A DNA stretch of 64,000 nt from Dehalococcoidia bacterium. GTDB lineage: Bacteria; Chloroflexota; Dehalococcoidia; GIF9; UBA5629. This document shows, piece after piece, positions 49,227 through 59,358 of this stretch. A program made the position numbers and the translations under genes. How positions within the stretch are numbered: position 1 is the stretch's first letter; every line of letters starts with the position of its first letter. The notes beneath the pieces are model-generated. The model saw only the letters and a program-made list of their open reading frames with translations, had not been told where the DNA came from and did no database searches. The stretch covers positions 206 through 64,205 of the forward strand of contig DAOUAI010000032.1 in NCBI GenBank assembly GCA_034433775.1, in the 5' to 3' direction.

Positions 49227-49928
49227 ATGATAAAGGACAAAATACTACAACAAGCCAGGAAAGAAAAAAGAACACTGCTCACCGAGATCGAATCCAAAGA
49301 CCTTCTAGAAGAGGCTGGGATACCTGTTGCCAAGGCTAAGTTAGCACGGACAAGGTCCCAAGCAATTTCCTTAAGCAAAGAGATGGGGTTCCCTGTGGCA
49401 CTGAAAATCGTTTCACCTGATGTAATCCATAAAAGCGATTCCGGTGGTGTCAAACTTGGACTTCGCAATGCAACCCAAGTTAGCAAAGCTTACAGTGACA
49501 TACTTTCCTCAGTGAAACAGCGCCATCCTGATGCAAGAATTTATGGTGTCTCAGTCCAGAAGATGGCTCGCCCGGGGATAGAAGTTATAATCGGCATGAC
49601 AAAAGATGCACAATTTGGCCCAGTGCTGATGTTCGGACTCGGTGGAATCCTAGTCGAGGTTCTAAAGGATGTTGCTTTCAGAATAGTACCACTCACAAAA
49701 AGAGATGCCAGAGAAATGATAAAAGAGATAAAAGGCTACCCGCTGCTCCAGGGTTACAGAGGACAAGAGCCTGCGGATATTGCTTTCCTTGAAGAATTGC
49801 TGATAAAAGTCTCCAACTTTATCGAGAAAAACCCTGAGATAAAAGAGTTGGACCTCAATCCCGTTTTCGCTTATAGAAGCGGAGCAGTAGCGGTGGATGC
49901 CCGGGTGATTCTGGAACCTTTTTCATAA
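49227..49928 (+). CDS. ATP-grasp domain protein, ADP-forming acetyl-CoA synthetase beta / succinyl-CoA ligase beta-like
   Basis: LLEEAGIPV, ALKIVSPDVIHKSDSGGVKLGL, IEVIIGM ATP-grasp pattern; no alpha (CoA-binding) partner in the window. Confidence 0.65.
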   Translation: MIKDKILQQARKEKRTLLTEIESKDLLEEAGIPVAKAKLARTRSQAISLSKEMGFPVALKIVSPDVIHKSDSGGVKLGLRNATQVSKAYSDILSSVKQRHPDARIYGVSVQKMARPGIEVIIGMTKDAQFGPVLMFGLGGILVEVLKDVAFRIVPLTKRDAREMIKEIKGYPLLQGYRGQEPADIAFLEELLIKVSNFIEKNPEIKELDLNPVFAYRSGAVAVDARVILEPFS

Positions 49929-50002
49929 TCACCTTCAAGCTTGGATACACAAAAACTCGCGCTTGAACACCACCCGTAAGATACCCTGCCTTGCCTAAAA
50001 TA

Positions 50003-50038
50003 GCTTAATTGCAGCTAAAGACAAAACTGCAATTAAGC
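50003..50038. terminator. perfect 12-bp stem-loop between convergent transcripts
   Basis: GCTTAATTGCAG ... CTGCAATTAAGC with 12-nt loop; U-rich run follows on the minus strand only. Confidence 0.4.
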
Positions 50039-50096
50039 ACACTCTATCAGCAAGGTAAATAAAGAGGTTAGCAGGGAAATTAGTCTTTAAATAAAA

Positions 50097-50170
50097 CGAC
50101 CCCGATGGGATTCGAACCCACGATCTCCACCGTGACAGGGTGGCATGTTAGTCCGCTACACTACGGGGCC
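50097..50170 (-). tRNA. tRNA-Asp(GTC)
   Basis: Acceptor GGCCCCG/CGGGGTC (one G-U), anticodon loop CTGTCAC, T-loop TTCGAAT, discriminator G. Confidence 0.8.
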
Positions 50171-50640
50171 ACGCTCTATGAGAAAGCTCTACTATAAGGG
50201 CAACAGCCCTTAAAATCTAGAAGTAAGTCTACCAACACTACATCAGAAGTGTCAAGGATTGTACTCGTCCAGTACACCAGTGACACATATTCTCAATTGT
50301 TTAATGGAAAGCTGCAGCTAGATTCCCCTTACCTGTCCTCTCCCGCAAGGGGGAAAGGGATAAAAAGGTAGCTCTCCCACAGAGGTGAGAGGACTTTTCT
50401 CCATTGATAGGAGAATTCTTCCTTCTCTCCTCCCTTGACGAGAAAGCTCTTCCTTCCTCCTCTCTTTTGGCGGGAGAGGACTAAGGTGAGGGTGAAATAA
50501 AGCAGCCGGTGTCCTTCCCGTTTCTGCTACGTCCTGTGTCGTCCATCTATCTGAACGAGATCAGGAATCCCCAGCTCTTCAGAATTAGCTCGTGCCAGCT
50601 TGACAGTTATTCGAAACGTCTGTTACCATGAATTGACAAA

Positions 50641-50713
50641 GGGGATATAGCTCAATAGGGAGAGCACTGCGTTCGCATCGCAGGGGTCGGGGGTTCGAAT
50701 CCCCCTATCTCCA
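50641..50713 (+). tRNA. tRNA-Ala(CGC)
   Basis: Acceptor GGGGATA/TATCTCC with G3:U70 alanine identity pair, anticodon loop TTCGCAT, T-stem GGGGG/CCCCC. Confidence 0.8.
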
Positions 50714-50968
50714 TTTAATTTCAATAGAGCTAACAGGGAAATTTTGGCAACCTTATTTAATAGCTCGGCCCCATTGAGAATCTTATCCAAGACATCATTT
50801 TTCTGAAAGTTAACTTAGCCCGCTAGGTTTACACACGTGCTACAACCGTACGATACTCCTCGGTATCTCTAGAAGCACATTCAATGCAGTCCTGCTCGCC
50901 AGAAGGATAGAGACTTGCAAAATATGATTGATATGCGCATCTGATTATTTCTGCTAAAATAGTGTTCA

Positions 50969-53656
50969 TTGAAGAGGGAAATGGTAACAGGTAATTATAC
51001 TGAGCTGGATAAAAGCATATTTGCCGCTATAAAAACACTAAGCAAGAAAGTAGACCGCTCTTTCACCACACAGCAGATCGCTGATTTAGCATTATGTGAA
51101 CTTCAAAAAATAATGCCCGGGGTAGACTGCTGGATACTAATTATCGACCGAGATCAAAAGATGCCTTCTCTTATCGCACATCATAGCTTAAATACAGGGA
51201 CAATAGAAAGAATAGTCGACGACAAAACAACCAAAAGCATCATCTCCCAAACCATCGCATCAGCACAACCTGTGGTTATATCTAACCTGCTTGCCGCGCA
51301 GAAATACAACGAAAGGCTGGTTCAGTCTGGATATCTTTCCTTCGCCAGCATTCCAATTAAAGCAGCAAACAGGATAATAGGCATTTTAGGACTTGCTTCG
51401 AACATCGAGTCCAGAATTACAACTCAAGAAATAGAAGTGCTTGACACATTCGTTTACTTCCTTGCAACTATCCTCGAGAAATCACTCATCCAACAACGAA
51501 ACCAAGAGAATGAGAAAACTCTGGCTTTAGTCAACAACTTGACCAAGATCATCACTTCAAGCCTGAATTTAAATGAGGTATATGAATGGTTTGCAGAGGA
51601 ATTAAGAAAAATTATGGATGTCGATTGGGCAAGTATTGTAATCATAGAGGGAGATAAGCTGAGATTTTACGCTATGTCCTCAAAAATAGACTCCGCCTGG
51701 CAGACAGGAGATGTTGTGCCACTCGCTGGGACAGCTACAGAATACGTAGCTACAACGAAAAAACCATTTATAGAACCCGACTTGGCGAAGAAAAGGAAAT
51801 TCTGGACAGGAAAGTACCACCTGGAACGCGGTGTAAGGTCAATAGTCTATTTACCTTTACTGGCAGCAGGTGAAGCCTTCGGAGCACTGATCATCGCCAG
51901 CCATCGTCCCCGCGCTTATGGAGAAAAGGAGCTAAACCTGTTAAGAAATGTCGTGGGTCAAATAGCGCTACCCATTAGAAACACACGGCTATTTGAGGAA
52001 GCGGAACAAAAAAGACAACTCCTCGCTTCGATTGCCCGTGTAACCAAGACCATAGTCTCAGATATAGATTTTAGCAAGGTTTTCCAGAGCTTCACTGAAG
52101 AGCTACAAAAGTTAGTGCATTTCGACTGGGCCTCCATAACAGTGGTCGAAGGAGATCGAGTAAAGTTTTTGGTCACATCACACGATGCGCCAGCAGAGCT
52201 ACAAACCGGCAAGACCCGCCCGCTTAAAAACTCGATAACAGGCCTGGTATTGAAGGAAAAGAGAACCATCATCCAGACTGACACAGCCGAGGACCGATTA
52301 TCACCTGTTGATGAAATTAAATTCAGCGCAGGTTCTAGGTCCTCTATCCATATTCCCCTATACGGTAAAGGAGAGGTGTTTGGGAGCTTGAACCTCTTCA
52401 GTTATAAACAAAACGCCTACGGCGAAAAAGAAAGAGAAATACTGGAACAACTTGCAAATCAGATAGCGGGAGCTATTTGGAGCGCTCAGCTTTACGCCAA
52501 AACCGAGCAACAAGCACGAACAGATGAGCTTACAGGATTGTACAACCGCCGTTACTTCGAGGAGTGCCTTAACCGTGAGATTGGACGCCATTCTCGATAC
52601 GGTGGCATTTTGTCATTAGTCATCTTAGACCTTGATTCGTTCAAAACCTACAATGACATTCGGGGGCACCTTGCAGGCGATAAAATACTCAGCCGAATAG
52701 GACAACTAATAAAAAGAACGATCAGAAATATCGACCTAGCTTTTCGCTATGGCGGCGATGAGTTTGCACTCATCTTGCCACAAACAGGGATAGAACAAGC
52801 TTACGTGGTGGCTGAGCGTGTACGCAGACAAATCAGCAACAAAATGTGGGCTAAGCAACTTTTATTCACTGCCAGTTTTGGACTAGCCACATGGCCAGGT
52901 GATGGCACAACTGCTGACGAACTATGCAATGCTGCTGACCAGGCGCTGTATTACGCCAAAAGGACTGGCGGAAACCGAATACAAGTGGCGGCGAAGACCC
53001 TCCTGACTTCGACGGATAGCCATTTAACCACCGGGACTACAGCAGAAAAAGGTATCCTGAGCATTATCCATGCTTTAGCCGCTGCCGTCGAAGCCAGAGA
53101 CATCTATACCCATGGTCACTCACAGAGGGTCCGTGATTACGCTATAGCTTTAGCCGAAGCACTGGGTTTGCCCACTGACAGGACAATCAACTTAAGCACC
53201 GCAGCTCTGCTACACGATATAGGTAAAATCGGCATCCCCGATGAGCTGCTTAGAAAAAACGATAAAATGACTGCCGAGCAATGGGAGATTATCCAGTCAC
53301 ACACAAAGCTGGCAGCCGCGATAGTTGGGCGCATACCTAGCCTGACCCCTTGTCTACCCGCTATACTTCACCACCACGAAAGATGGGACGGTAAGGGTTA
53401 TCCCACAGGACTCCAGGGTGAAGCCATTCCGCTAGAAGCCCGCATTCTAGCTATCGCTGATGCCTTTGAAGCTATGACAGCCTCTAGACCCTACCACCAG
53501 CCTATGCCACTCAGTCGAGCAATAGAGGAACTGAAGCGCAACTCTGGTACTCAATTCGACCCCAAGCTAGTCGAGGTCTTTCTAAATATCGTACCTGAAC
53601 TTTCCACCAAGTCTGCACGACAAAGACCCCATAGCGAAGAACGTATCAGACTATAA
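50969..53656 (+). CDS. multidomain c-di-GMP signalling protein: tandem GAF domains, GGDEF diguanylate cyclase, HD-GYP phosphodiesterase
   Basis: Three GAF-like repeats (DWASIVIIEGD..., DWASITVVEGD...), RYGGDEF (intact GGDEF), HD-GYP motifs HDIGKIGIP and HHHERWDGKGYP; 895 aa. Confidence 0.85.
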   Translation: MKREMVTGNYTELDKSIFAAIKTLSKKVDRSFTTQQIADLALCELQKIMPGVDCWILIIDRDQKMPSLIAHHSLNTGTIERIVDDKTTKSIISQTIASAQPVVISNLLAAQKYNERLVQSGYLSFASIPIKAANRIIGILGLASNIESRITTQEIEVLDTFVYFLATILEKSLIQQRNQENEKTLALVNNLTKIITSSLNLNEVYEWFAEELRKIMDVDWASIVIIEGDKLRFYAMSSKIDSAWQTGDVVPLAGTATEYVATTKKPFIEPDLAKKRKFWTGKYHLERGVRSIVYLPLLAAGEAFGALIIASHRPRAYGEKELNLLRNVVGQIALPIRNTRLFEEAEQKRQLLASIARVTKTIVSDIDFSKVFQSFTEELQKLVHFDWASITVVEGDRVKFLVTSHDAPAELQTGKTRPLKNSITGLVLKEKRTIIQTDTAEDRLSPVDEIKFSAGSRSSIHIPLYGKGEVFGSLNLFSYKQNAYGEKEREILEQLANQIAGAIWSAQLYAKTEQQARTDELTGLYNRRYFEECLNREIGRHSRYGGILSLVILDLDSFKTYNDIRGHLAGDKILSRIGQLIKRTIRNIDLAFRYGGDEFALILPQTGIEQAYVVAERVRRQISNKMWAKQLLFTASFGLATWPGDGTTADELCNAADQALYYAKRTGGNRIQVAAKTLLTSTDSHLTTGTTAEKGILSIIHALAAAVEARDIYTHGHSQRVRDYAIALAEALGLPTDRTINLSTAALLHDIGKIGIPDELLRKNDKMTAEQWEIIQSHTKLAAAIVGRIPSLTPCLPAILHHHERWDGKGYPTGLQGEAIPLEARILAIADAFEAMTASRPYHQPMPLSRAIEELKRNSGTQFDPKLVEVFLNIVPELSTKSARQRPHSEERIRL

Positions 53657-53806
53657 ATTTGGTCAGTATAGCCCCACTGTAAACTCTGGCTACTAAAATT
53701 ATTCCTAAGATACCTCAATCACAAACTACACCGATCGCACATATTGCCCTCAAAAAACATGAATGCTAAAATAGCACGACTAAGCCAACTCATCCTGTTT
53801 TTGTAA

Positions 53807-55165
53807 ATGGCAGCAATAAGCCAGATACTCGCCACCACTATCTTTCTGGCGATGTTCGCCGTAATCATAAGCGGCAGGGTACATCGTTATATACCAGCCG
53901 TTGTCGGTGCTGCCCTTGTAATTACGCTTGTATTCCTGCTAGTTATGCAAAGCCCATCTTCAGCAATTAATGTGCTAAATATCAACCAGCTCGTGCAACT
54001 GAGATTCTGGGTACCAGGGAAAGAACAGATAGAATCTGATGGAGTCAACTGGCAAACTGTAATCTTCATCGCCGGTATGATGACTATGGTAGAAGGACTA
54101 AGCAAAGTAGGCTTTTTCCGCTGGATATGTCTTCATATGGCAAGGTTGGTCAATTACCAAGTGCTTCCCATCCTTGTTGTCTTTATGGTGCTCTCAGCTT
54201 TTCTAGCAATGTTTATTGATAGCATTACAGTGCTACTGTTTCTTGCTTCGACCACTATAGAGCTGTCCCGGTTGCTCAAATTTGATCCTGTTCCTATGAT
54301 AATCGCTGAAATCTTTGCTGCCAATACAGGGGGCAGCGCTACCATGTGCGGTGACCCACCGAATATAATTATCGGTACTGCATTCGGCTATACTTTCACA
54401 GACTTTGCCATCAATACTGGACCTATTGCTTGGGCAGGCATGGTCGTGAGCATCGTATATTTCTACTTCTGCACGCGCCGTGCTCTTGTTTCCAAGCCTG
54501 CCTCCCACTCACCGCAAGACCGATACCCAGAACCAAATGAGGCTATTGTGAACAAAAAGTTGTTCTGGCTATTTACGGCGATTTTTATCTTTATAGTGTT
54601 GCTGCTCATTACACATGCGGAGACAGGGCTCTCGGTGGCTCTTATCGGTGTTATCGCCGCTATCTTGACCTTGCTCACAGGCAGAAAGGAGTCTGCTGGC
54701 ATCATCAAAAGGTTAGACTGGCGCACTTTGCTCTTTTTAATTGGACTGTTCATCTGCGTAGGCGGACTGGAAGAGACCGGAGTACTCAAAATCGTGGCAG
54801 GACACATCGAAAAAATGTCAGGAGGAAAGCTGATCCTAGTGATACCTATGATTATATGGGCCTCTGCATTCGCCTCGGCTATAGTGGACAATATCCCATT
54901 TGCAGCCACAATGGTACCAGTGATAAGTAGCCTATCTCATAGCACTGGACTTAGCCTATCTACATTGAGCTGGAGTTTAGCCTTGGGTACGGATATCGGT
55001 GGCAACGCTACTCCAATTGGAGCATCAGCTAACGTAGTCGGCACTGCTATTGCAGAAAGGGAAGGCTATCCCATTAGCTGGGGTAGGTTTCTAAAATATG
55101 CTTTGCCAGCGACAATCCTCGTTGTTGCCCTATGTCATTTATTACTAGTTTTGAGGTATACTTAA
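53807..55165 (+). CDS. ArsB/NhaD-superfamily ion transporter (about 12 TM)
   Basis: Highly hydrophobic 452-aa protein with internal-repeat topology typical of ArsB/NhaD/CitMHS permeases. Confidence 0.7.
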   Translation: MAAISQILATTIFLAMFAVIISGRVHRYIPAVVGAALVITLVFLLVMQSPSSAINVLNINQLVQLRFWVPGKEQIESDGVNWQTVIFIAGMMTMVEGLSKVGFFRWICLHMARLVNYQVLPILVVFMVLSAFLAMFIDSITVLLFLASTTIELSRLLKFDPVPMIIAEIFAANTGGSATMCGDPPNIIIGTAFGYTFTDFAINTGPIAWAGMVVSIVYFYFCTRRALVSKPASHSPQDRYPEPNEAIVNKKLFWLFTAIFIFIVLLLITHAETGLSVALIGVIAAILTLLTGRKESAGIIKRLDWRTLLFLIGLFICVGGLEETGVLKIVAGHIEKMSGGKLILVIPMIIWASAFASAIVDNIPFAATMVPVISSLSHSTGLSLSTLSWSLALGTDIGGNATPIGASANVVGTAIAEREGYPISWGRFLKYALPATILVVALCHLLLVLRYT

Positions 55166-55169
55166 AGCT

Positions 55170-56042
55170 ATGTTTGAAAGCATCCTTGTTGCTTTAGACG
55201 GTTCAAAGCTAGCTGAACAAGCATTGCCTTACACTGCAGAGATAGCTAATGCATTCGTCTCTGAGATTTTTCTGATTAAGGTGTGCCGGATTGAAGAAAC
55301 AGAATTTAGATCCGTTTCTCAGGCTTACCTTAATAAGCAGGCAGAACAACTGAGAAAAAAACTGATTGGAGAAGTCAGAATCGATACTGCAGTTCCACTA
55401 GGCAGACCTGCACAGGAGATTATCAGATACGCCATAGAAAAGAATATCAGCCTTATTATCATAACATCAACCGGGCGCTCGGGCATAATCCCTCGGTTGC
55501 TAGGTAGCACTGCTAACGAAATAATTCATTCCGCTAAAGTGCCGCTACTTGTGGTCAAGGTCTCTAAATCACCACCTTCTTCGGTAAAATTAAAACGACT
55601 TCTCGTGCCGCTTGATGGCTCGGAAAGAAGTGAAGCAATACTACCCTATACTGCTAGACTGGCACAGAATCTATCTGCCGAGGTGATCTTGATACAAATA
55701 GTCGCTCCTGGTAGACATGTCCACACCATTGGTGGCTTGGACTATGTCTACTTCAAAGACAAAGATATGGAATCTATGAAATCAAAGGCACAAGAATACC
55801 TTGACAGAATAGTTGCCAGGCTAGCCAGAGAGCACATGACCATAAAGCGTGAGATAAGAATCGGTGAACCGTCCTCAGAGATAGTCAGTTATGCTGATGA
55901 AAATCATTGTGACTTAATTACAATGTCGAGCCACGGGCACTCGTACATGGAAAGATGGACTTACGGTAGCGTGACATATAAAATCTTGCACTCCAGCAAC
56001 CGACCTGTACTCATTCTGCCGCTGAAAACCACCGATACCTAA
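55170..56042 (+). CDS. tandem universal stress protein (2x UspA domains)
   Basis: Two repeats each with ILVALDGS / LLVPLDGSE starts and ...ITMSSHGHS ATP-binding ends. Confidence 0.85.
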   Translation: MFESILVALDGSKLAEQALPYTAEIANAFVSEIFLIKVCRIEETEFRSVSQAYLNKQAEQLRKKLIGEVRIDTAVPLGRPAQEIIRYAIEKNISLIIITSTGRSGIIPRLLGSTANEIIHSAKVPLLVVKVSKSPPSSVKLKRLLVPLDGSERSEAILPYTARLAQNLSAEVILIQIVAPGRHVHTIGGLDYVYFKDKDMESMKSKAQEYLDRIVARLAREHMTIKREIRIGEPSSEIVSYADENHCDLITMSSHGHSYMERWTYGSVTYKILHSSNRPVLILPLKTTDT

Positions 56043-56125
56043 GCTGACCTTGAATACTTGACGATGCTTATCTCCTAATGCTATCCTTAGCTTAAATAAA
56101 TGCACTTTGAAACGAGGAGAAATTA

Positions 56126-56461
56126 ATGAACTACGAACGCGAATTGCTAAAAGGTAGTACCGACTCTTTGCTTTTATCTCTGATCAACAACCAACCGATG
56201 TACGGTTATCAGATCATTAAAGAACTGGAGCGAAGAAGCAACGGCTACTTCCAGTTTAAAGAAGGCACTCTTTACCCGGCATTGCACCGGTTGGAGAAGG
56301 CCGGGCTTATTTACGGCAAGTGGCAAAAATTGCCTAACGGACAGGAAAGACGTTATTACTATATAACCCTGAAGGGGCAAAAAATGCTGGCAGAAAGACT
56401 GGCAATATGGCAAGATTTTTCCACAGCGGTTTCTTTGATTATGCAGCCAGCAAGCAATTGA
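56126..56461 (+). CDS. PadR-family transcriptional regulator
   Basis: YGYQIIKEL...GTLYPALHRLEKAGLI winged-helix signature. Confidence 0.85.
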   Translation: MNYERELLKGSTDSLLLSLINNQPMYGYQIIKELERRSNGYFQFKEGTLYPALHRLEKAGLIYGKWQKLPNGQERRYYYITLKGQKMLAERLAIWQDFSTAVSLIMQPASN

Positions 56462-56473
56462 CGGACTGTTATA

Positions 56474-57379
56474 GTGGCACCAATTAAGTTGAGTTATTTT
56501 GAAAACCTAAAAAGATATTTAAGGCTCGACCCCGAGCTCGAAAGTGATGTGATAAAGGAAATCTATACTCACTTAGAAGACAGAAGTCACGAACTAAAAG
56601 AGTCGGGACTCTCCGAGGAAGAAGCTACAAACATTGCCACTAGAATTTTAGGGCCACCGCAGTTAGTTGCTCGCCAGATATATGAAGTTTACAGCCAAGG
56701 CACATGGCGCCAAGCGCTATGTGCCGGATTGCCCCACCTCCTGATAGCTCTACTATTTGCTCTACATTTTTGGAACAACGTTTTCTCTTTAGCGATAGTG
56801 CTTGTTCTCGTCGTTAGCGTTACCATTTATGGTTGGTGTCACGGTCGACCGAACTGGCTGTTCCCATGGCTAGGCTATTCATTAGTCCCGGTAATAGCCA
56901 CTGGAGCCCTCCTGATTTATCTGCCAGGAGCCTGGTCATGGTTTGCAATTCTAGCCTACATACCCCTAGTCCTCCCTGTCATTATCTCCGTTACCAAAGC
57001 ATCTTTAAAGCGGGACTGGCTTTTCACTTCATTAATGTTGCTTCCCCTGCCCATAACAATAGGCTGGATAGTCGCCCTGTTGGGAAATATTAACTTATTA
57101 TGGAAAGAGCAAATTCAACACTTTGCGCCTATGATCGCTTTAAGTTTTTCCGTTCTAGCAATAGCCGCGGCTACTTTCATCCGTATGAAACAACGTTGGG
57201 CGAAGTTTGGAACTTTAATAGTGTTCGAATCAATCGTCTTCATTATGATTGTTTACGCTGGCAAAAGCTCTGTAAGTCCAGTTACCTGGCTACTCATCGC
57301 CTTGCTCGGTTTGTTCCTTCTCTTTGGTCCAGCTCTACTGGCACAGAACTTCACTAGAAATCACTCAAAACCAGCCTAG
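56474..57379 (+). CDS. membrane protein with N-terminal DUF1700-like helical domain (PadR partner)
   Basis: N-terminal LKRYLRLDPELESDVIKEIYTHLED... then 5-6 TM helices; gene pairing with padR. Confidence 0.65.
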   Translation: MAPIKLSYFENLKRYLRLDPELESDVIKEIYTHLEDRSHELKESGLSEEEATNIATRILGPPQLVARQIYEVYSQGTWRQALCAGLPHLLIALLFALHFWNNVFSLAIVLVLVVSVTIYGWCHGRPNWLFPWLGYSLVPVIATGALLIYLPGAWSWFAILAYIPLVLPVIISVTKASLKRDWLFTSLMLLPLPITIGWIVALLGNINLLWKEQIQHFAPMIALSFSVLAIAAATFIRMKQRWAKFGTLIVFESIVFIMIVYAGKSSVSPVTWLLIALLGLFLLFGPALLAQNFTRNHSKPA

Positions 57380-57452
57380 ATTTCCAAACAATTCAACCTC
57401 TATCCCCTTATCAAAGCACCAAATTATGTCACAGTGGGAGGTATGCTGGAAA

Positions 57453-57896
57453 TTATTTCCACAGCCCTTTATGCAACTGCTTAGCCTCATTCTCTGCCTC
57501 CACCAGATATTTTTGGTACCTCGTGTCAGGCAAATACGCCCTAGCAAGAGCATAGCCATTCCTTACCATTTCTGCGTTAACAAACACACCATTCGCATAC
57601 ACATAACGTAATAGTCTTCCAAAGTCATCTCGATCAGAAACATCCTTTTCCATCTTGACCCGTTTTCCCATAACCAACCGCTCATTGAACTGCTTCGCCT
57701 CTAAATAGTACGGCTCATTTTTCTCCGGAGCGTCAATGCCGATATAACGCACGTGGTAGCCTCCTTCAACTACAATAGTGTCACCATCAATAACCCGTAT
57801 TACCCTAGCTGTCTCAACATCGCCAGCACACCCCACCACCAGCAAAAAAACAACCAGTGCTAAAGCAACAGAGTTTCTCCATTGAACCAAAGGCAT
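57453..57896 (-). CDS. thermonuclease (SNase-like) lipoprotein
   Basis: Signal peptide with lipobox LVVGC; VIDGDTIVV...VRYIGIDAPE SNase catalytic motifs; start ATG 57896. Confidence 0.8.
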   Translation of the reverse strand: MPLVQWRNSVALALVVFLLVVGCAGDVETARVIRVIDGDTIVVEGGYHVRYIGIDAPEKNEPYYLEAKQFNERLVMGKRVKMEKDVSDRDDFGRLLRYVYANGVFVNAEMVRNGYALARAYLPDTRYQKYLVEAENEAKQLHKGLWK

Positions 57897-58029
57897 CGCA
57901 CTTATTAATTTCACAATCTCATTCAATCTCGCTAGCTGTTCAAACAGCAATAAATTGTGAAATAGGGCAGACAAGGTAAAGGATATACACTAAGAAGATA
58001 CCAGCAAAACTCTGAATATTATCAACCTT

Positions 58030-59070
58030 CTACCACAGACCTTGCTGTGCGGGATGACCCTTCCGATAAACAAGTCCAAGATGCTCATAGGCAAGCTTTG
58101 TAGCTGCCCTGCCTCTGGGAGTACGCTCTATAAACCCTAATTGAAGTAAATAAGGCTCGTATACATCCATTATTGTATCGGCCTCTTCACTGATAGATGC
58201 GGCTATAGTCTCCAAGCCAACCGGTCCACCGTTAAATTTCTCAATAATAGTATGCAATATTTTATGGTCAATCTCATCCAGTCCAAGAGAATCTACTTCC
58301 AGCCTTAGAAGTGCCTCAATCGCCACCGACTCGGTAATCACACCATCAGCTACCACCTGAGCATAATCGCGCACTCTTTTGAGAAGACGATTAGCAACCC
58401 GGGGTGTCCCTCGAGCCCGACAGGCAATTTGACTTAGCCCCCCTTCGTCTATTTCGATATGCAGCAGGTCTGCAGACCGCCTGAGGATCTTTTTGATTGA
58501 CATATCGTCATAAAAATCGAGACGGTACACAGCACCAAACCTATCCCTTAAAGGCGGACTCATCAAAGCATAGCGAGTCGTAGCCCCAATCAAGGTGAAT
58601 GGTGGCAAGTTTAAACGGAGGCTACGCGCTCCCGGTCCTTTACCAATCACTATATCTATAACAAATTCCTCCATCGCTGGATAAAGGACTTCCTCCACAG
58701 GATGGCTAAGCCGGTGAATCTCGTCAATGAAAAAACTGTCGTTCTTCTGCAGGTTAGTCAAGATAGCTGCTAAGTCACCGGGACGTTCTATCGCTGGTCC
58801 TGACGTGACCTTGATATTAACCCCCATCTCAGCAGCAATAATATAAGCCAGAGTAGTCTTACCCAAGCCGGGTGGCCCATAAAACAAAATGTGGTCTAGT
58901 GGTTCGCTTCTTTTTTTAGCTGCAGCAATCGCTATTTCTAAATTTGCTTTAACTTTGTCTTGACCAATAAATTCTTCCAAACGTCGGGGGCGGAGCCTGG
59001 TATCCAGCGATACATCGTCTGCACTTGGCTTGGCTGAAATTATCCGTGTCCTTGTTTCTTTCTCCTTCAT
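58030..59070 (-). CDS. ruvB: Holliday junction branch-migration ATPase RuvB
   Basis: [23 protein letters not shown] Walker A, RuvB winged-helix C-terminus. Confidence 0.9.
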   Translation of the reverse strand: MKEKETRTRIISAKPSADDVSLDTRLRPRRLEEFIGQDKVKANLEIAIAAAKKRSEPLDHILFYGPPGLGKTTLAYIIAAEMGVNIKVTSGPAIERPGDLAAILTNLQKNDSFFIDEIHRLSHPVEEVLYPAMEEFVIDIVIGKGPGARSLRLNLPPFTLIGATTRYALMSPPLRDRFGAVYRLDFYDDMSIKKILRRSADLLHIEIDEGGLSQIACRARGTPRVANRLLKRVRDYAQVVADGVITESVAIEALLRLEVDSLGLDEIDHKILHTIIEKFNGGPVGLETIAASISEEADTIMDVYEPYLLQLGFIERTPRGRAATKLAYEHLGLVYRKGHPAQQGLW

Positions 59071-59358
59071 TTTACCGCTGCATAACTTCGTAATTAACCG
59101 TCACCGCACCACATTATAGCATTATATCTGCATATTTCCCTACTCCGTTGCTGTAACTAATCCAGTTATTGTAAAAGTTCTAGCGATACATGACAAAACA
59201 CCGGTCGACACCAAACCCGATCCTGCAGAAAAGGCAGCTAAATTCCAGAAGTCGTGGCAAAACGGGCAAACAAACCAGAACTAACCCTTCCCACCACATT
59301 CGAAATTTTTAAGTTCGGATGTATTTTCAACCTTATCCCCACCAAGAGACCAATTTCT

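Noticed and set aside
49085-49486. 133-aa minus-strand ORF
   Set aside because: Overlaps the start and RBS of the ATP-grasp gene and has no supporting signals.
50440-50560. Resemblance to SRP RNA (AAGCAGCC) and to the RNase P GGUAAGGGUGAAA segment in the non-coding region
   Set aside because: Only short partial matches. The P4 helix sequences of RNase P and the paired 3' strand of SRP domain IV are absent.
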